A stretch of 64,000 nucleotides of DNA, from NCBI GenBank assembly GCA_951406725.2, contig OX597815.1, positions 137,206,001-137,270,000 on the forward strand, in the 5' to 3' direction. The position numbers and the translations under genes were made by a program. The notes beneath the pieces were generated by a model that searched no databases, was not told the DNA's origin, and saw only the letters and a list, made by a program, of their open reading frames with translations. This DNA is from Octopus vulgaris. Its lineage: Eukaryota. Within the stretch, counting starts at the first letter, position 1. The number at the start of each line of letters is the position of its first letter. Positions 13,995-26,149 of this stretch are shown piece after piece.

Positions 13995-14695
13995 ATATTG
14001 GCAGGGCTGGACTGCTAGGTAGTCGGCCGTATGCTAGAAACAGATCATCAACGATCAAACTACAAAGGAAATTCTCTAGAGGAAAAACTCAGCGAACACC
14101 AGAACCAAATTTGGCGGGCAAGACAGATGAAAATTTATATAAAAAACAAACTTAAATGCATGCCTCGGTTTCGGCCTTTAACAAAAGAATTACTTACATA
14201 ATTCAAATGTCCGTGGCTTCATCAATGCATTCGGTCAGTGTAAATGCAAACTGAAAAAACTAACCCCAGGTTTCTGTGCCAAGACAGACACGTGCTTAGT
14301 TTTACCGATTACATCAGGGATAAAATTTCAAATGTCTTGGTTCTGGCGCGCTAAGAAATTCCTGAAGCGAAGGGCTGCAGTAAATAATTCACTGCGGTTA
14401 GTGCTTACTACTAGAGGACGTATTTATTTCAATATTTAAATAATGAGGGAGATAAATTAATATTAATTTTAATATCAATTTAAAACCAGTAGTCTAGCAT
14501 ACAAAAAATCTGAGAAGTCAGAGAAAATTCTAATATATGTGTATATTGGCAGGGCTGGACTGCTAGGTAGTCCGCCAAATTTGGTTCTGGTGTTCGCTGA
14601 ATTTTTCCTCTAGAGAATTTCCTTTGTAGTTTGATCGTTGATGATCTGTTTCTAGCATACGGCCGACTACCTAGTAGTCCAGCCCTGCCAATATA
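13993..14695 (-). mobile_element. Non-autonomous HHR element (family B): ~548-bp monomer plus ~30-bp restart plus 124-bp inversion
   Basis: tattggcagggctggactgctaggtagt at ~13996 and ~14544; 14572-14695 is the reverse complement of 13993-14116; abuts (TA)n. Confidence 0.85.
14155..14231 (-). ncRNA. Type I hammerhead (family B), variant core
   Basis: AAUGCA-UUGAUGA-A-GCC[~37 nt incl. GUAAGUA]GGC-C-GAAA-CCGAGG-CA-UGCAUU; C3U and U16.1C changes suggest this copy may be inactive. Confidence 0.6.
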
Positions 14696-15755
14696 CTAGC
14701 CACAGGGCTAGCCACACAGACGGGACAGATAACAAAGTAGAGCTTTTCTTTTTTGGGGAAAAAAACAAGTGGGGTAGGTTTTCGATCAAAAGGGATCGTA
14801 AAAGGGAAAGAAGAAGAGAAAAAAGGAAAGAAACAAAAGAAAAGAAAAAAGAAAATAAAGGAAAAAAGGGGAAAAACGATCAATAGGGATATCACAGTGT
14901 CATGATGTAAGGTGCAAAGGGGGAAGCGGATAAGGTTTATCCGTGGGAAGAAAAGCCTACGGAAAAGACCATGGTAACCTCGGTCAATATTGTTAAATGT
15001 TACCACATTTGTTTACAAGTGGGTAACCCTCTGGTTTTAAATTTTCGGGTTCATAGGATTATGCTCAAGGTGGCTTCGTCATTCATACGTGCCATCCTTG
15101 CTACATTCACCCATCTTTTTTTAAAACATTCGCTAGACAAAACTTGCCTCTCTACTCTCACTTTCCTTTTCAAGTGATACTTGAAGAAGTTGATGAGAGA
15201 TTGACCAGAGAGGTAAGTGTTTGTCTCCAATCCTTTCAGACGTGTCCACCAGATATATTCTTTCGCCATAGCCACAACGATGATGAAAATAGCTCTTCCT
15301 TCCCGTTTGAAGGAAGGATGCGTGACAATATTGACGATAGACTCGGCTGATAAACCGACTCGTCCCACACGTGACAGCAGTTGTTCGACATAAGCCAACA
15401 GGTCGGGAATTGTTGGACACTGCACGAGTGCATGCAGAACGGTTTCGTTGCTCTGGCCGCATCTCGGGCAATTCGGCCCCGTGTTTCTCGAGCCGTGTCT
15501 GTAGAGCTTATCCCGAACGGGTAGCGCTTCTCGGTAGCACTGCCAGGCCAGGGATCTCTGAAAGTTGTCCATGGGTCCTGGCCCGAAAGTCGTCCTGAAC
15601 AGGCGGGTCAGGTATTCCTCATCGACGTCCAGATTCGCCCCGAGCTCGTTGTCGCACCTCCCCTCCACTAATCCCCTATAGAATGCTTGGCTTGTGTTGG
15701 AGTCACTCAAGGTCGACCCGAGAGGGCAGAGTTGCCCTTCCTCGGCCTCTTTTTG
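14696..15755 (-). mobile_element. Tx1/L1-clade LINE, 5'-truncated 3' fragment (zf-RVT C-terminus plus 3' UTR)
   Basis: ORF 15051-15755: LAWQCYREALPVRDKL...CPRCGQSNETVLHALVQC...IWWTR; the N-terminus of the called ORF is a (GATA)n artefact. Confidence 0.8.
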
Positions 15756-15765
15756 ATAGATAGTC

Positions 15766-15869
<104 letters not shown>

Positions 15870-16342
15870 GAAAGTAAGAGCCAAGGATCGAGGTGTAGGA
15901 AGAAAGTGAGCTTCGAGTAATCCGTAGAAAATATATAGAAAGCACCTTTCAAGGACGATAGTGGTTTATTGTAGCGGAAGGTTGTGTATTTTTTCCATGT
16001 GGAAGTACGGTAAACTGAAAAAAATATTTTATATGTCACGGTAGGCAGTCAGTGTTGCCAGATATGCGAATAAAAATCCAAGAGTTAAGGATTGGAGTAG
16101 ATAAAATCCAGGCTTTCATAGTGAGTGAAACATCGGAAGTGGTAAATATCCAAGCGAGCTGTATGCTTCAGTCGTTAGGATGCTCATGTTAACACATGGA
16201 GGAATCGATTAAGCATATATATGTATGTATATATGTATGTGCGTATATATGTATGTATGTATGTATGTATGCATGTATGTATGTATGTATGTATGTATGT
16301 ATGTATTATGAGTCGATCTATGTATACACATACATTATATAG

Positions 16343-16804
16343 TCAACAAGTATGAGAGGTAAATATAGTTATGTAACCACTTGACATTCTTAAGATTACG
16401 GCTGTTTCGCAGCCTTCTTCATATTGTAATAATTCTAGTGAAGAAGAAATTATTCTTAGATGTTTATGCTAATATGCATTCTCTGCAGTATAAAATACAG
16501 TTGTTTGTTCACAAATTAAGGCAAATAAACAAAATTAGCTCATCAAATCTATAGACTCTTAAAGTTAAATCGCCAGTCTCACGATGATGTTCTGGTAATC
16601 TGATGACTAGCTTTCGTTATTTGCATTGATTGGTGAATATGCAATTACATTGTATAATGCAGAGTATGCATATTAACGCAAACATGTAAGCATCATTTCT
16701 TCCATACTGCAATTATTACTACATGGTGAAAGGCTGCGAAACGGGTGTAATCCTGAATATGTCCAGTGGTTAAATAAATATATTTACCTCACGCATTTCT
16801 TGAC
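16343..16804. repeat. Old diverged fold-back element with degenerate HHR in each arm
   Basis: 16343-16492 inverted against 16652-16804; AUUAC..AUGAAGA-AGGCUGC-GAAA-CAGCC-GUAAU at 16395-16430(-) and a counterpart at 16715-16751(+). Confidence 0.65.
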
Positions 16805-16979
16805 ATTTTATTGTTTATAAATTATTCCCGCCGTCGGATCATCTGGATCTCAGCAACAAGATTACTCTACATTATACTTCTCTGTGGACAGTCTGTCGAG
16901 TTTCTAAAAGGAGCAATCTGTGATAGCCACCCGATTCTCTAAATGCATATTTTATACATATATATATACACATATATAT

Positions 16980-17323
<344 letters not shown>

Positions 17324-17340
17324 CACACACACACACATAC

Positions 17341-17436
<96 letters not shown>

Positions 17437-17734
17437 GTGCTGTGACTGAGCACGTGCATGTGCTTGTGTGTGTCTTTAAGTACATGTATATGTAATTGAG
17501 GAGATATTACATGGGCATACGATGTACATACATATGATACATATACAAATATAAGAAATAAACACATATTAATGGTTTTATACATGCATATGTGTACGTG
17601 CGGGGGGGGTAACACGGTTGACTTATTAGCAATTTAACAATCTAAGTAAAAGTTTGAAGACGTCACTGTCGTGACGGAGGGTGCCGGCTTCGCTATATAT
17701 ATATGTGAGTCAAAACCACTCAGTAGCCAATATA

Positions 17735-17943
17735 TATATATAATATACATATATTAGTGAATGACAAGAGAACGGGTGTTACTTAATCAGTCAGTACATT
17801 ACTTGCCTTAGGACAAACAGCTGTAGGCTAATGAAGGCGCTTGCCTAATCTCTTTCTATTCATTGAGACTATTACCTACTACGATTAAAAAGCATAATTA
17901 CATTGACACGAGCGAAACCAATAACAATATATATGCGTGTGCG

Positions 17944-17988
<45 letters not shown>

Positions 17989-18007
17989 GTATACATACAT
18001 ACATATA

Positions 18008-18051
<44 letters not shown>

Positions 18052-18086
18052 TATATGTATGTATGTATGTATGTATACACATACAT

Positions 18087-18139
<53 letters not shown>

Positions 18140-18165
18140 ATGTTACATTAATCTTACCGTTTTAT

Positions 18166-18211
<46 letters not shown>

Positions 18212-18360
18212 GCATATATATTCTTATTGATTTCGCTCGTGCCAATGTAATTATGCTTTTTAATCGTAGTAGAGATTAGGCAAGCAAGACAAGTAATGTA
18301 CTGAATGATTAAGTAACACCCGTTCTCTTGTCATTCACTAATATACGTATATTATATATA
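17735..18360. repeat. Inverted repeat pair around a microsatellite spacer; right arm has two internal deletions
   Basis: 17735-17940 against 18208-18360; left arm carries the HHR-like remnant AAACAGCUGUA. Confidence 0.8.
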
Positions 18361-19156
18361 TATCTTCTCTATATATAAAACTGAAATGCGTTTTTACCCT
18401 TTGGCTCGCTTTCAATGCAACTACGTCCCGTCCGATTCGCTCCAAAATTTACAGGGACATGTAGAATGAGGTGACGATGCCCGTGGGCTACCTTAGAAAT
18501 CCCTATCTTAAAAGGTGTGGTTGCTAGGGGCCATCTTCTTCACTCACGCTACTTCCTCTGTTACCCTCTCACTCCTCTTCATTTATAACGTTGACAATGT
18601 CCACTCCCGTTATTTAATGTATTCCCCTCAACTCACTTTCACTTTATAAGTTTTGTCAGACGGCGTTCTTTGATGTATCTGTCTGCATTCATAAGGGAGA
18701 ATTATCATTGCCACAAACAACACACAATCATGAGAACAAATATTATGAATCAGATATTCATTGCGTTCATTTATATATATGTGTGTGTGTGTTCGAAATA
18801 TAAATATATATATATAACGTATATATACAAAGTGTATATATCTGTATTTATGTATATTAAACTTTTTAATACATTTGATAGTTATATATATTTTTAAACA
18901 AATTATAAATATAATTTAATAATTTTTATTTTAAATTTAAATAATTTAAATCTTTCAATTTTATATATTTTCTATATTATATTTTTATTTTTATGTTTTT
19001 GTTTTTGGTTTTTTTTGCCTATTAGTGGTTTTATCTCTAATTTAATTTATACATATATATATAATTTGTATATATAATGCGTGCACACACACACACATAT
19101 ATAATGTGTGCATTATGTGGTCGGTCGGTTCAGTTGAAAATATGCACACCTATGAA

Positions 19157-20241
19157 CCCTTTCGTTACTATATTTCTGACCAAAATACACCCCTTACGTG
19201 TTTCAATTAATTTCTAACATAATCATAAAGTTAGTCTGGTTTCATTAAACAACTATAACTATTTTATTTATCAATATATTAATTTGATTTTTGGAAGATA
19301 ATTTAATGAAATGTTCTCAATCAATTCTATACTATAATTTTTGTCACAAAGTGACTCTAATTGCAGGTAGATACAGGTAAATTCAACAAAATATAAAATT
19401 ATTAAAATTTTGTTCAAACATCGCTATAGAAAATGGGTTACTAGCTAATATTCAATTGGGTATACAACAAAATTTTACGATAGAATTTGTTATTCTGGGT
19501 AACTTTCTGATACCCATAATAATATTTATGGCAAAATAGTCTTAATTTCATTTAAGGTTGTGGGAAACCACTAAATATCTTTTCTTTCGCTTTCTTTACA
19601 TTTAGCGTAACGGTTCGTTTCCGCCGTAATGATTTCAAATAGGCTCATTCGAAAAAGTAAAAAAGAAATAGTCTAAGGCTTTACTCTCCTGGGAAAGTCT
19701 GTGGCTTGGTCCAGTTTCTTCAGAAAAATCACCGAAAGAAACAGTTTTTCAATTTTCACTCCATTCAGGTGCCAATTCATTTTCTTTATCGCTGTCGGAG
19801 CTCTCGGATTCACTGTTTTCACTTTCGGAAAATGAAACATCAGATTCATTATCAAATACCACGTGCTTTTTTTTTCAGTCATAGAGTTAGATTTATCAAG
19901 GTCTCAGTAGAAAATCCTTCGAATTCTGACTCGCTGCTTGATATGATGAAATTCGTATCCATTTTTTGTCAGAATTACAAATTTTGAAAACACAATAGGA
20001 ACAAATTTCGGAATAAAATCTCCCAAAGTTCACGGATTAAAATTACACTTCGATCGTTGTACAAAACTGTAGATGAACTGTTTACGAAATATAATCCCGT
20101 GTTTTCACGAATGTACGAAAGAGATTTGCTCTGATATTCTCATTTAAATATGAATAGGTAAATACGGACGGGTTTGGGCGGTTTGGTCACATTAACCAAA
20201 ATTTTTTTCGGGCGGCTTAGGGCGGTTTGGTAACGAAAGGG
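19157..20241. mobile_element. Non-autonomous piggyBac-type element
   Basis: TIR ccctttcgttac / gtaacgaaaggg; flanked by TGAA (mutated) and TTAA; no ORF. Confidence 0.75.
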
Positions 20242-20975
20242 TTAAAAGCGCTGGCAAGTTTGCATGACAACTATTTTTTTCCTCAAATGAAAGGCGTCAC
20301 CTCTAGGACAAAATTCTTCATCTTATAAAATGTGGCCCCAGTAGACCCGAATGAAATCGGGTTATATTAACCAAAATGTGAAAAGGGGTATAAGTGGGGC
20401 TGGAAGGGGATTAAAATTTAAAGGAGCGAGTGTTTAGGAATTCTCTGTTACATCAAGCTAAAAAATTTGCGTCCATGATGAAGAGGTTTTGAATGCTTGC
20501 CATGGTGAGTCTACTGTCGTGAGAAAGAATCACTTCAAAACTTGGTGTTTACGAATTTTCATTTATATCAAGTTCAAAATTTTACGCCAGCCGTTAAACT
20601 GTCAATACGTTGCTGTCCGTCGTTAAGAAATGCCAGCCATGGTGACTCTACTATCCTCACATTCAATCCCTTCAAACTTTGCTTTCCAATATTTTATTAT
20701 TTTTATTCAGCTCGCAAGTTCGTCTGTCCTTTTTAAATATTAGCGTTTTGCTGTCTGCCTTGAAGCAGACCTTTCCGTTGCCACTGCCTGATATTTATGA
20801 TTGATCTTTCTAAATATTTTATTTCTCAACTTACTCAAGATCTTTTGTTGTTTATAAATGGGAAAGAGATAGATAAAGATAGAGAGTAAGAGAAAGCGAG
20901 AGAGAGTCCGAGAGAAAAGAAAAGTAAGAGAGTGGGAAAGTGAGAGAGAAAGAAGAGAGAAACAAAGAGGGAGAA

Positions 20976-21262
20976 TCATCATCATCATCATCGTTTAACG
21001 TCCGTTTTCCGAGCTAGCACGTGTTGGACAGGAGGCTGCACCAGGCTCCAGTCTGATCTGGCAGTGTTTTTACAGGTGGATGACCTTCCTAACGCCAACC
21101 ACTCTGTGAGTGTAGTGGGTGCTTTTTTCGTGTCGCAGGCACAGGTGCCAGGGGAGCTCGCAGCCGCAACGATCGGTTGGTGCTTTTTACGTGCCACTGG
21201 CACAGAAGCCAGTCAAGGCGGCGCTGCAATCGGCCACGTTCGGATGGTGCTTTTTACGTGCT
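20976..21262 (-). mobile_element. SINE fragment with (GAT)n tail and internal tandem subrepeats
   Basis: Minus strand ggttggcgttaggaaggtcatccacctgtaaaaa...ggacgttaaacgatgatgatg; repeated ggtgctttttacgtg units. Confidence 0.6.
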
Positions 21263-21328
21263 GAAAGGAAGCAACAGAAAGTAACAACCACACTCTTACC
21301 CGCGCGTAGAGCGGGTCACCTTCAGCTA

Positions 21329-21391
<63 letters not shown>

Positions 21392-21640
21392 TAGATAGAT
21401 TCAAATGAATATGGTACTTAACTTTGATGCACCAGAATTTTTTACGGTATTACCCATAAAATTATGTGGGGTGATTATAACCCAAAAAATAAGCAACAAT
21501 TAACGGATCCATTCTTGTTGCTTATTTTTTGGTTATATATATATATATACATACATACATATATATATATACATATATGTACACATATATATATACACAC
21601 ACACACATTTATATATGGATAGATAGATAGATACATACAT

Positions 21641-21681
<41 letters not shown>

Positions 21682-21797
21682 TATATACGTATATATATAC
21701 AAATATATGCTTTATATATGAATATATGTATCAATATATATATACGTATATAGAATATGTAAGTATATACTTACGTGTGTGTGTGTATATATATATG

Positions 21798-21848
<51 letters not shown>

Positions 21849-22108
21849 ATATTCTTTTATCCTCTTATTCTTTTACTTGTTTCAGTCATTTGACTACGAC
21901 CATACAGGAGAACCAACCTATGTGGTTTTAGTCGAACAAATCGCTCCCAGGACTTATTCTTTGTAAGCCTTGTACTTATTCTATCGATCTCTTTGTCGAA
22001 CCGCTATGTTACGGGAACGTAAACATATCAACATCGTTTGTTAAGCGATGGAGTGGCGGGCGACAAATACTGACACGAAGATACAAATATATTCATATAT
22101 ATATATAA

Positions 22109-22194
<86 letters not shown>

Positions 22195-22230
22195 AATATA
22201 ATTGATATATCAGTTCCATTCTAGCAAAAA

Positions 22231-22268
22231 CTGTCTGATGAACGGCAACGAGAAACTCAGAGTAACAG
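22231..22268 (+). ncRNA. Minimal type I hammerhead in a ~110-bp insert inside a SINE microsatellite
   Basis: CUGU-CUGAUGA-A-CG-GCAA-CG-A-GAAA-CUC-A-GAG-UA-ACAG; canonical core. Confidence 0.8.
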
Positions 22269-22519
22269 ATTTTGTTGAATTTTCTGCTGCTTAAAATAAA
22301 GTATATATATGTATATATATATATATACGACGCGTTTCTTTCTAGTTTCCGTCTACGAAATCCACTCACTTCGGTCAGCTCGCAGCTATAGTAGAAGTTA
22401 CTTATCCAAGATGCCAAACAATGGGACTGAACCCGGATCCATCTGGCTGAGAAGCAAGCTTCTTACCACAATGCCATATTAAATATATATACATACGTGT
22501 GTGTGCATGTGTGTGTGGG

Positions 22520-22637
<118 letters not shown>

Positions 22638-22689
22638 TCTATTTTGGCGTCGGTGATTACACCAGCCCCGAACACTGACACCACCCACT

Positions 22690-23020
22690 GTTCTAAAAGT
22701 TCCAGAGTAAGGATCAGCTACTACAATGGTTTTTGATTCAAAGGGTCACAGCTATTGAATATAATTCCAACAAGAAAAGACTCTGAGAGGTCTACATGGA
22801 GGCGGGGTGTTGTTTTCAAGCTGCAGTTTGACATTCTGCTGTCAAAGATACCTGAAGAACCTACATCGTAGCAAAAGAACTCAAATGAGAACAGCAATAT
22901 CAAAGGCCCTTATGCACCAAAAGCCATCTACATAGGAATGGGCATTGCAAAGTGGTGTTACTGGCGATTGGTCAGCATATCCACAGCATTCGTGCTGAAA
23001 CACGTAAATTAATAAAATAA
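22690..23020 (+). mobile_element. Decayed 3' end of a CR1/L2-like LINE
   Basis: SRVRISYYNGF*FKGSQLLNIIP...FKLQFDILLSKIPEEP resembles LINE ORF2 C-termini. Confidence 0.55.
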
Positions 23021-23309
23021 TATATACTTATGCTTATATGTGTGTGTCTCTGTGTGTGCGTATGTACGTATATATATATGAGAGGCAGATATTCTCCATA
23101 TAGAATACACGACGAAGTGCTCAAGTGCTTTAAACTGGAACAGATGGCGGAATAAATGTATGGATAAGTAAGTTAGGCAAATCGAAATACAAAAGGTAAT
23201 AAATATATTTAATACAAAATATATACTTATATTTAGATATAAAAGGTCCGACCCACACAGAATAGAAATGATATCAGGAATTAAAGAGTTTGGATAAGAG
23301 TTTTACAAG

Positions 23310-23398
23310 TCCAACATCTGTTTCTGGGAGCTTGGTGGTCCGAGATAATGATTGTAAGTTGATGTGAACACCGGATAGCACCAGCCTCTCTTCAGGGA
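23310..23398 (-). ncRNA. Type I hammerhead with extended helix II, in a (TA)n-flanked element (23080-23470)
   Basis: UCC-CUGAAGA-GAGGCUGGUG...CACCAAGCUCCCA-GAAA-CAGAUG-UU-GGA. Confidence 0.65.
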
Positions 23399-23889
23399 AA
23401 AAAAGTTTCACATTTGAGACGTTGACAGAAAGGAGATTTCTGTCAACACTTTAAATGTATCTATGTGGTATATATATATATATATACTCTATACTCTATT
23501 CTCTATTTCTTGCTACAGTCATGTGACTGTGGCCATGCTGGAGCACCGCCTTTAGTCGAACAAATCAACCCCAGGACTTATTCTTTGTAAGCCTAGTACT
23601 TATTCTATCGGTCTCTTTCGCCGAACCACTAGGTTACAGGGACGTAAACACACCACCATCGGTTGTCAAGTGATTTTGGGGGGACAAACACACATACACA
23701 AACACACACACATATACATATATACGACAGGCTTCTTTCAGTTTACCTCTACCAAATCCACTCACAAGGCTTTGGTCGGCCCAAGTTTATAGAAGACGCC
23801 CAAGGTGCCACGCAGTGGGACTGAACCAGGAACCATGTGGTTGGTAAGCAAGCTACTTAGCACACAGCCACTCCTACGCCTATATATAT

Positions 23890-23953
<64 letters not shown>

Positions 23954-23998
23954 GATGGAATTCTTTCAGTTTCCATTTACCAAATCCACTCACAAGTT

Positions 23999-24105
<107 letters not shown>

Positions 24106-24504
24106 ATATATACATATATATGTTATATGCGTCATAAATGAAAGAGAAATTGTTTGGTGAAATTTTATGTGACAATAAGAAAATTCAAATATCACGGCTA
24201 ATTTTTCCCTAACTTAAAAACATTTCAATAAATTTACGTTATACACTTCTTGTCGTTTCCTCTTGTATCGTACTATATATTCTATGTGTCTTGTAGAATG
24301 ATACATTAAGAAGCTTTTATATTCAATATACTGTATAGTAATACTTCGGCAAATATTTGTTGGTAAAATGGCGATGAAACAGTTGCAGTAGTATACAATA
24401 AAGTGTGTTTGCTCAAAACAATCTCCCGTTTATACTTTCGTATAACTTGGCTGATATTCATGGATATCCGAGTGTGTCTTCAATAATAAGAACAGCTTTC
24501 CTTC

Positions 24505-24574
<70 letters not shown>

Positions 24575-24575
<1 letters not shown>

Positions 24576-24772
24576 AGATCGGTAGCCACTACACGTATTT
24601 TTTTCTCTCCTTGTTTCTCTGCTTGCTTTTTTCTGTGTCCCTTTCTGTAGAAGAGCGTAGGCTCGAAACGTAAAAGAATTTTTTCAATTTCCTGAGCGTT
24701 ATGCTAATACATCTGTTTGTTTTATGCACCATCTGTCTTCGTCTTTTGTTTTTTTTTCATGAACTCTCCCCC

Positions 24773-24775
<3 letters not shown>
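24575..24775 (+). mobile_element. ~200-bp HHR-like element (family A)
   Basis: Close copy at 43828-44030(-); diverged copies at ~6190-6400 and ~36310-36510; flanked by microsatellites. Confidence 0.75.
24641..24676 (+). ncRNA. Minimal hammerhead variant (CUGUAGA core)
   Basis: CUUU-CUGUAGA-A-GAGC-GUAG-GCUC-GAAA-CG-UA-AAAG. Confidence 0.55.
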
Positions 24776-24837
<62 letters not shown>

Positions 24838-24838
<1 letters not shown>

Positions 24839-25546
24839 TCCGTAAATATTAGAGAGCCAACTTTGAATATGTTAACTCTAAGTGCTAGAAATAGACCCAA
24901 CCGGTAAAGTTAGAGTTAACATATTCAAAGTTGGCTCTCTAATATTTACGGATAAATATGAATTTGTATCCCCGGTTTTTGTGCTAGGCCGCTTGGTGTT
25001 AAAATAAGGGTATTATTGAATTAATATCTATAATTTTATTCACCCTCATTATTGAATGTATTGATTTGATATGCTGCAGTAAATATTACATGCTGTATTC
25101 ACTTCCACTTAGCATTTACTTTCGGCGGGAAATTTGTAACTACAACCCTGAATGTAATTCATCGGACCATAGGAGAATCGTCGCTTGTAAGGGTCTGATC
25201 AATTATATTGACAAATGTTGCTGACGAATCATAGACAATTATGTAAGTATAATCTGCATATTTTGTTAATGAGGAAACAATTGTACAACATTAATCCATT
25301 ATTTAGTTGTAATTCAATTTCATAGCGTTGACTGTAGTGCTATTTCTATGTGGAATTATCATTGGCGACTTTACCGGTTGGGTCTATTTCTAGCACTTAG
25401 AGTTAACATATTCAAAGTTGGCTCTCTAATATTTACGGATAAATATGAATTTGTATCCCCGGTTTTTTGTGCTAGGTCGCTTGGTGTTAAAATAAGGGTA
25501 TTATTGAATTAATATCTATAATTTTATTCACCCCCATTATTGAATA
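24838..25546 (+). mobile_element. Non-autonomous HHR element (family C): 5' inversion plus ~487-bp monomer plus ~140-bp terminal direct repeat
   Basis: 24838-24910 is the reverse complement of ~25368-25440; 24910-25057 is repeated at 25397-25545; (TA)n on both sides. Confidence 0.9.
25214..25292 (+). ncRNA. Type I hammerhead (family C), palindromic helix III, long loop II
   Basis: AAUGUUG-CUGACGA-A-UCAU[~36 nt incl. GUAAGUA]AUGA-G-GAAA-CAAUUG-UA-CAACAUU. Confidence 0.85.
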
Positions 25547-25644
25547 TATATATATACACACACACATATTGTGCCCTTTTCACAATATGTGTGTATGTGT
25601 TCGTATGTATATATATATGTATGTATGTGATATATATATATCTG

Positions 25645-25675
<31 letters not shown>

Positions 25676-25712
25676 GTATATATGTTTTTATGTGTATATA
25701 TATATATATATA

Positions 25713-25959
25713 TTGGTAAAACGGTAAGATAACAAAAGAAAGAAAGAGACCTCAATATTATGTAAATAGAGGAAATTTATCTATACAATAATATGTTACA
25801 TTACTCGATAGTCAAGATAAAACTCTGAGTTTCAGATGCCGAAGTGGAAATCCACAACACCATCTCTTCGGTTATCTGGCTATTTGCTAAATAGCCAGAT
25901 AACCGAAGAGATGGTGTTGTGGATTTATCTTGACTATCGAGTAATGTAACATATTATTG

Positions 25960-25960
<1 letters not shown>
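25713..25960 (-). mobile_element. Fold-back HHR element (family F)
   Basis: Near-perfect hairpin 25786-25959 with a 3-nt loop; sister element at 30475-30754; terminal remnant at ~18146-18170. Confidence 0.85.
25816..25876 (-). ncRNA. Type I hammerhead (family F), U4C variant
   Basis: GAUAA-CCGAAGA-GAUG[22 nt]CAUC-U-GAAA-CUC-A-GAG-UU-UUAUC. Confidence 0.7.
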
Positions 25961-26009
<49 letters not shown>

Positions 26010-26107
26010 TGCATACATACCCACCTTTGCATTTCATGTAAATGTATACGTACTTACTCATATGTTTAGATCAATATATATGAATGTGTGTAACTATGTA
26101 TGTACGC

Positions 26108-26149
<42 letters not shown>

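Larger units (their letters stand above)
18363..21330 (+). mobile_element. Probable non-autonomous Helitron with nested insertions
   Basis: TC..TCTATATATAAAA start at ~18363; hairpin cccgcgcgtagagcggg then CTAG-T at 21298-21330; linking the two ends is an inference. Confidence 0.45.

Noticed and set aside
14505-14570. AGAAGUCA...AGAAAA...GUAUAUU resembling hairpin ribozyme loops A and B
   Set aside because: Helices 1, 3 and 4 and the N-GUC site cannot be paired convincingly, and it is not conserved in homologous family C
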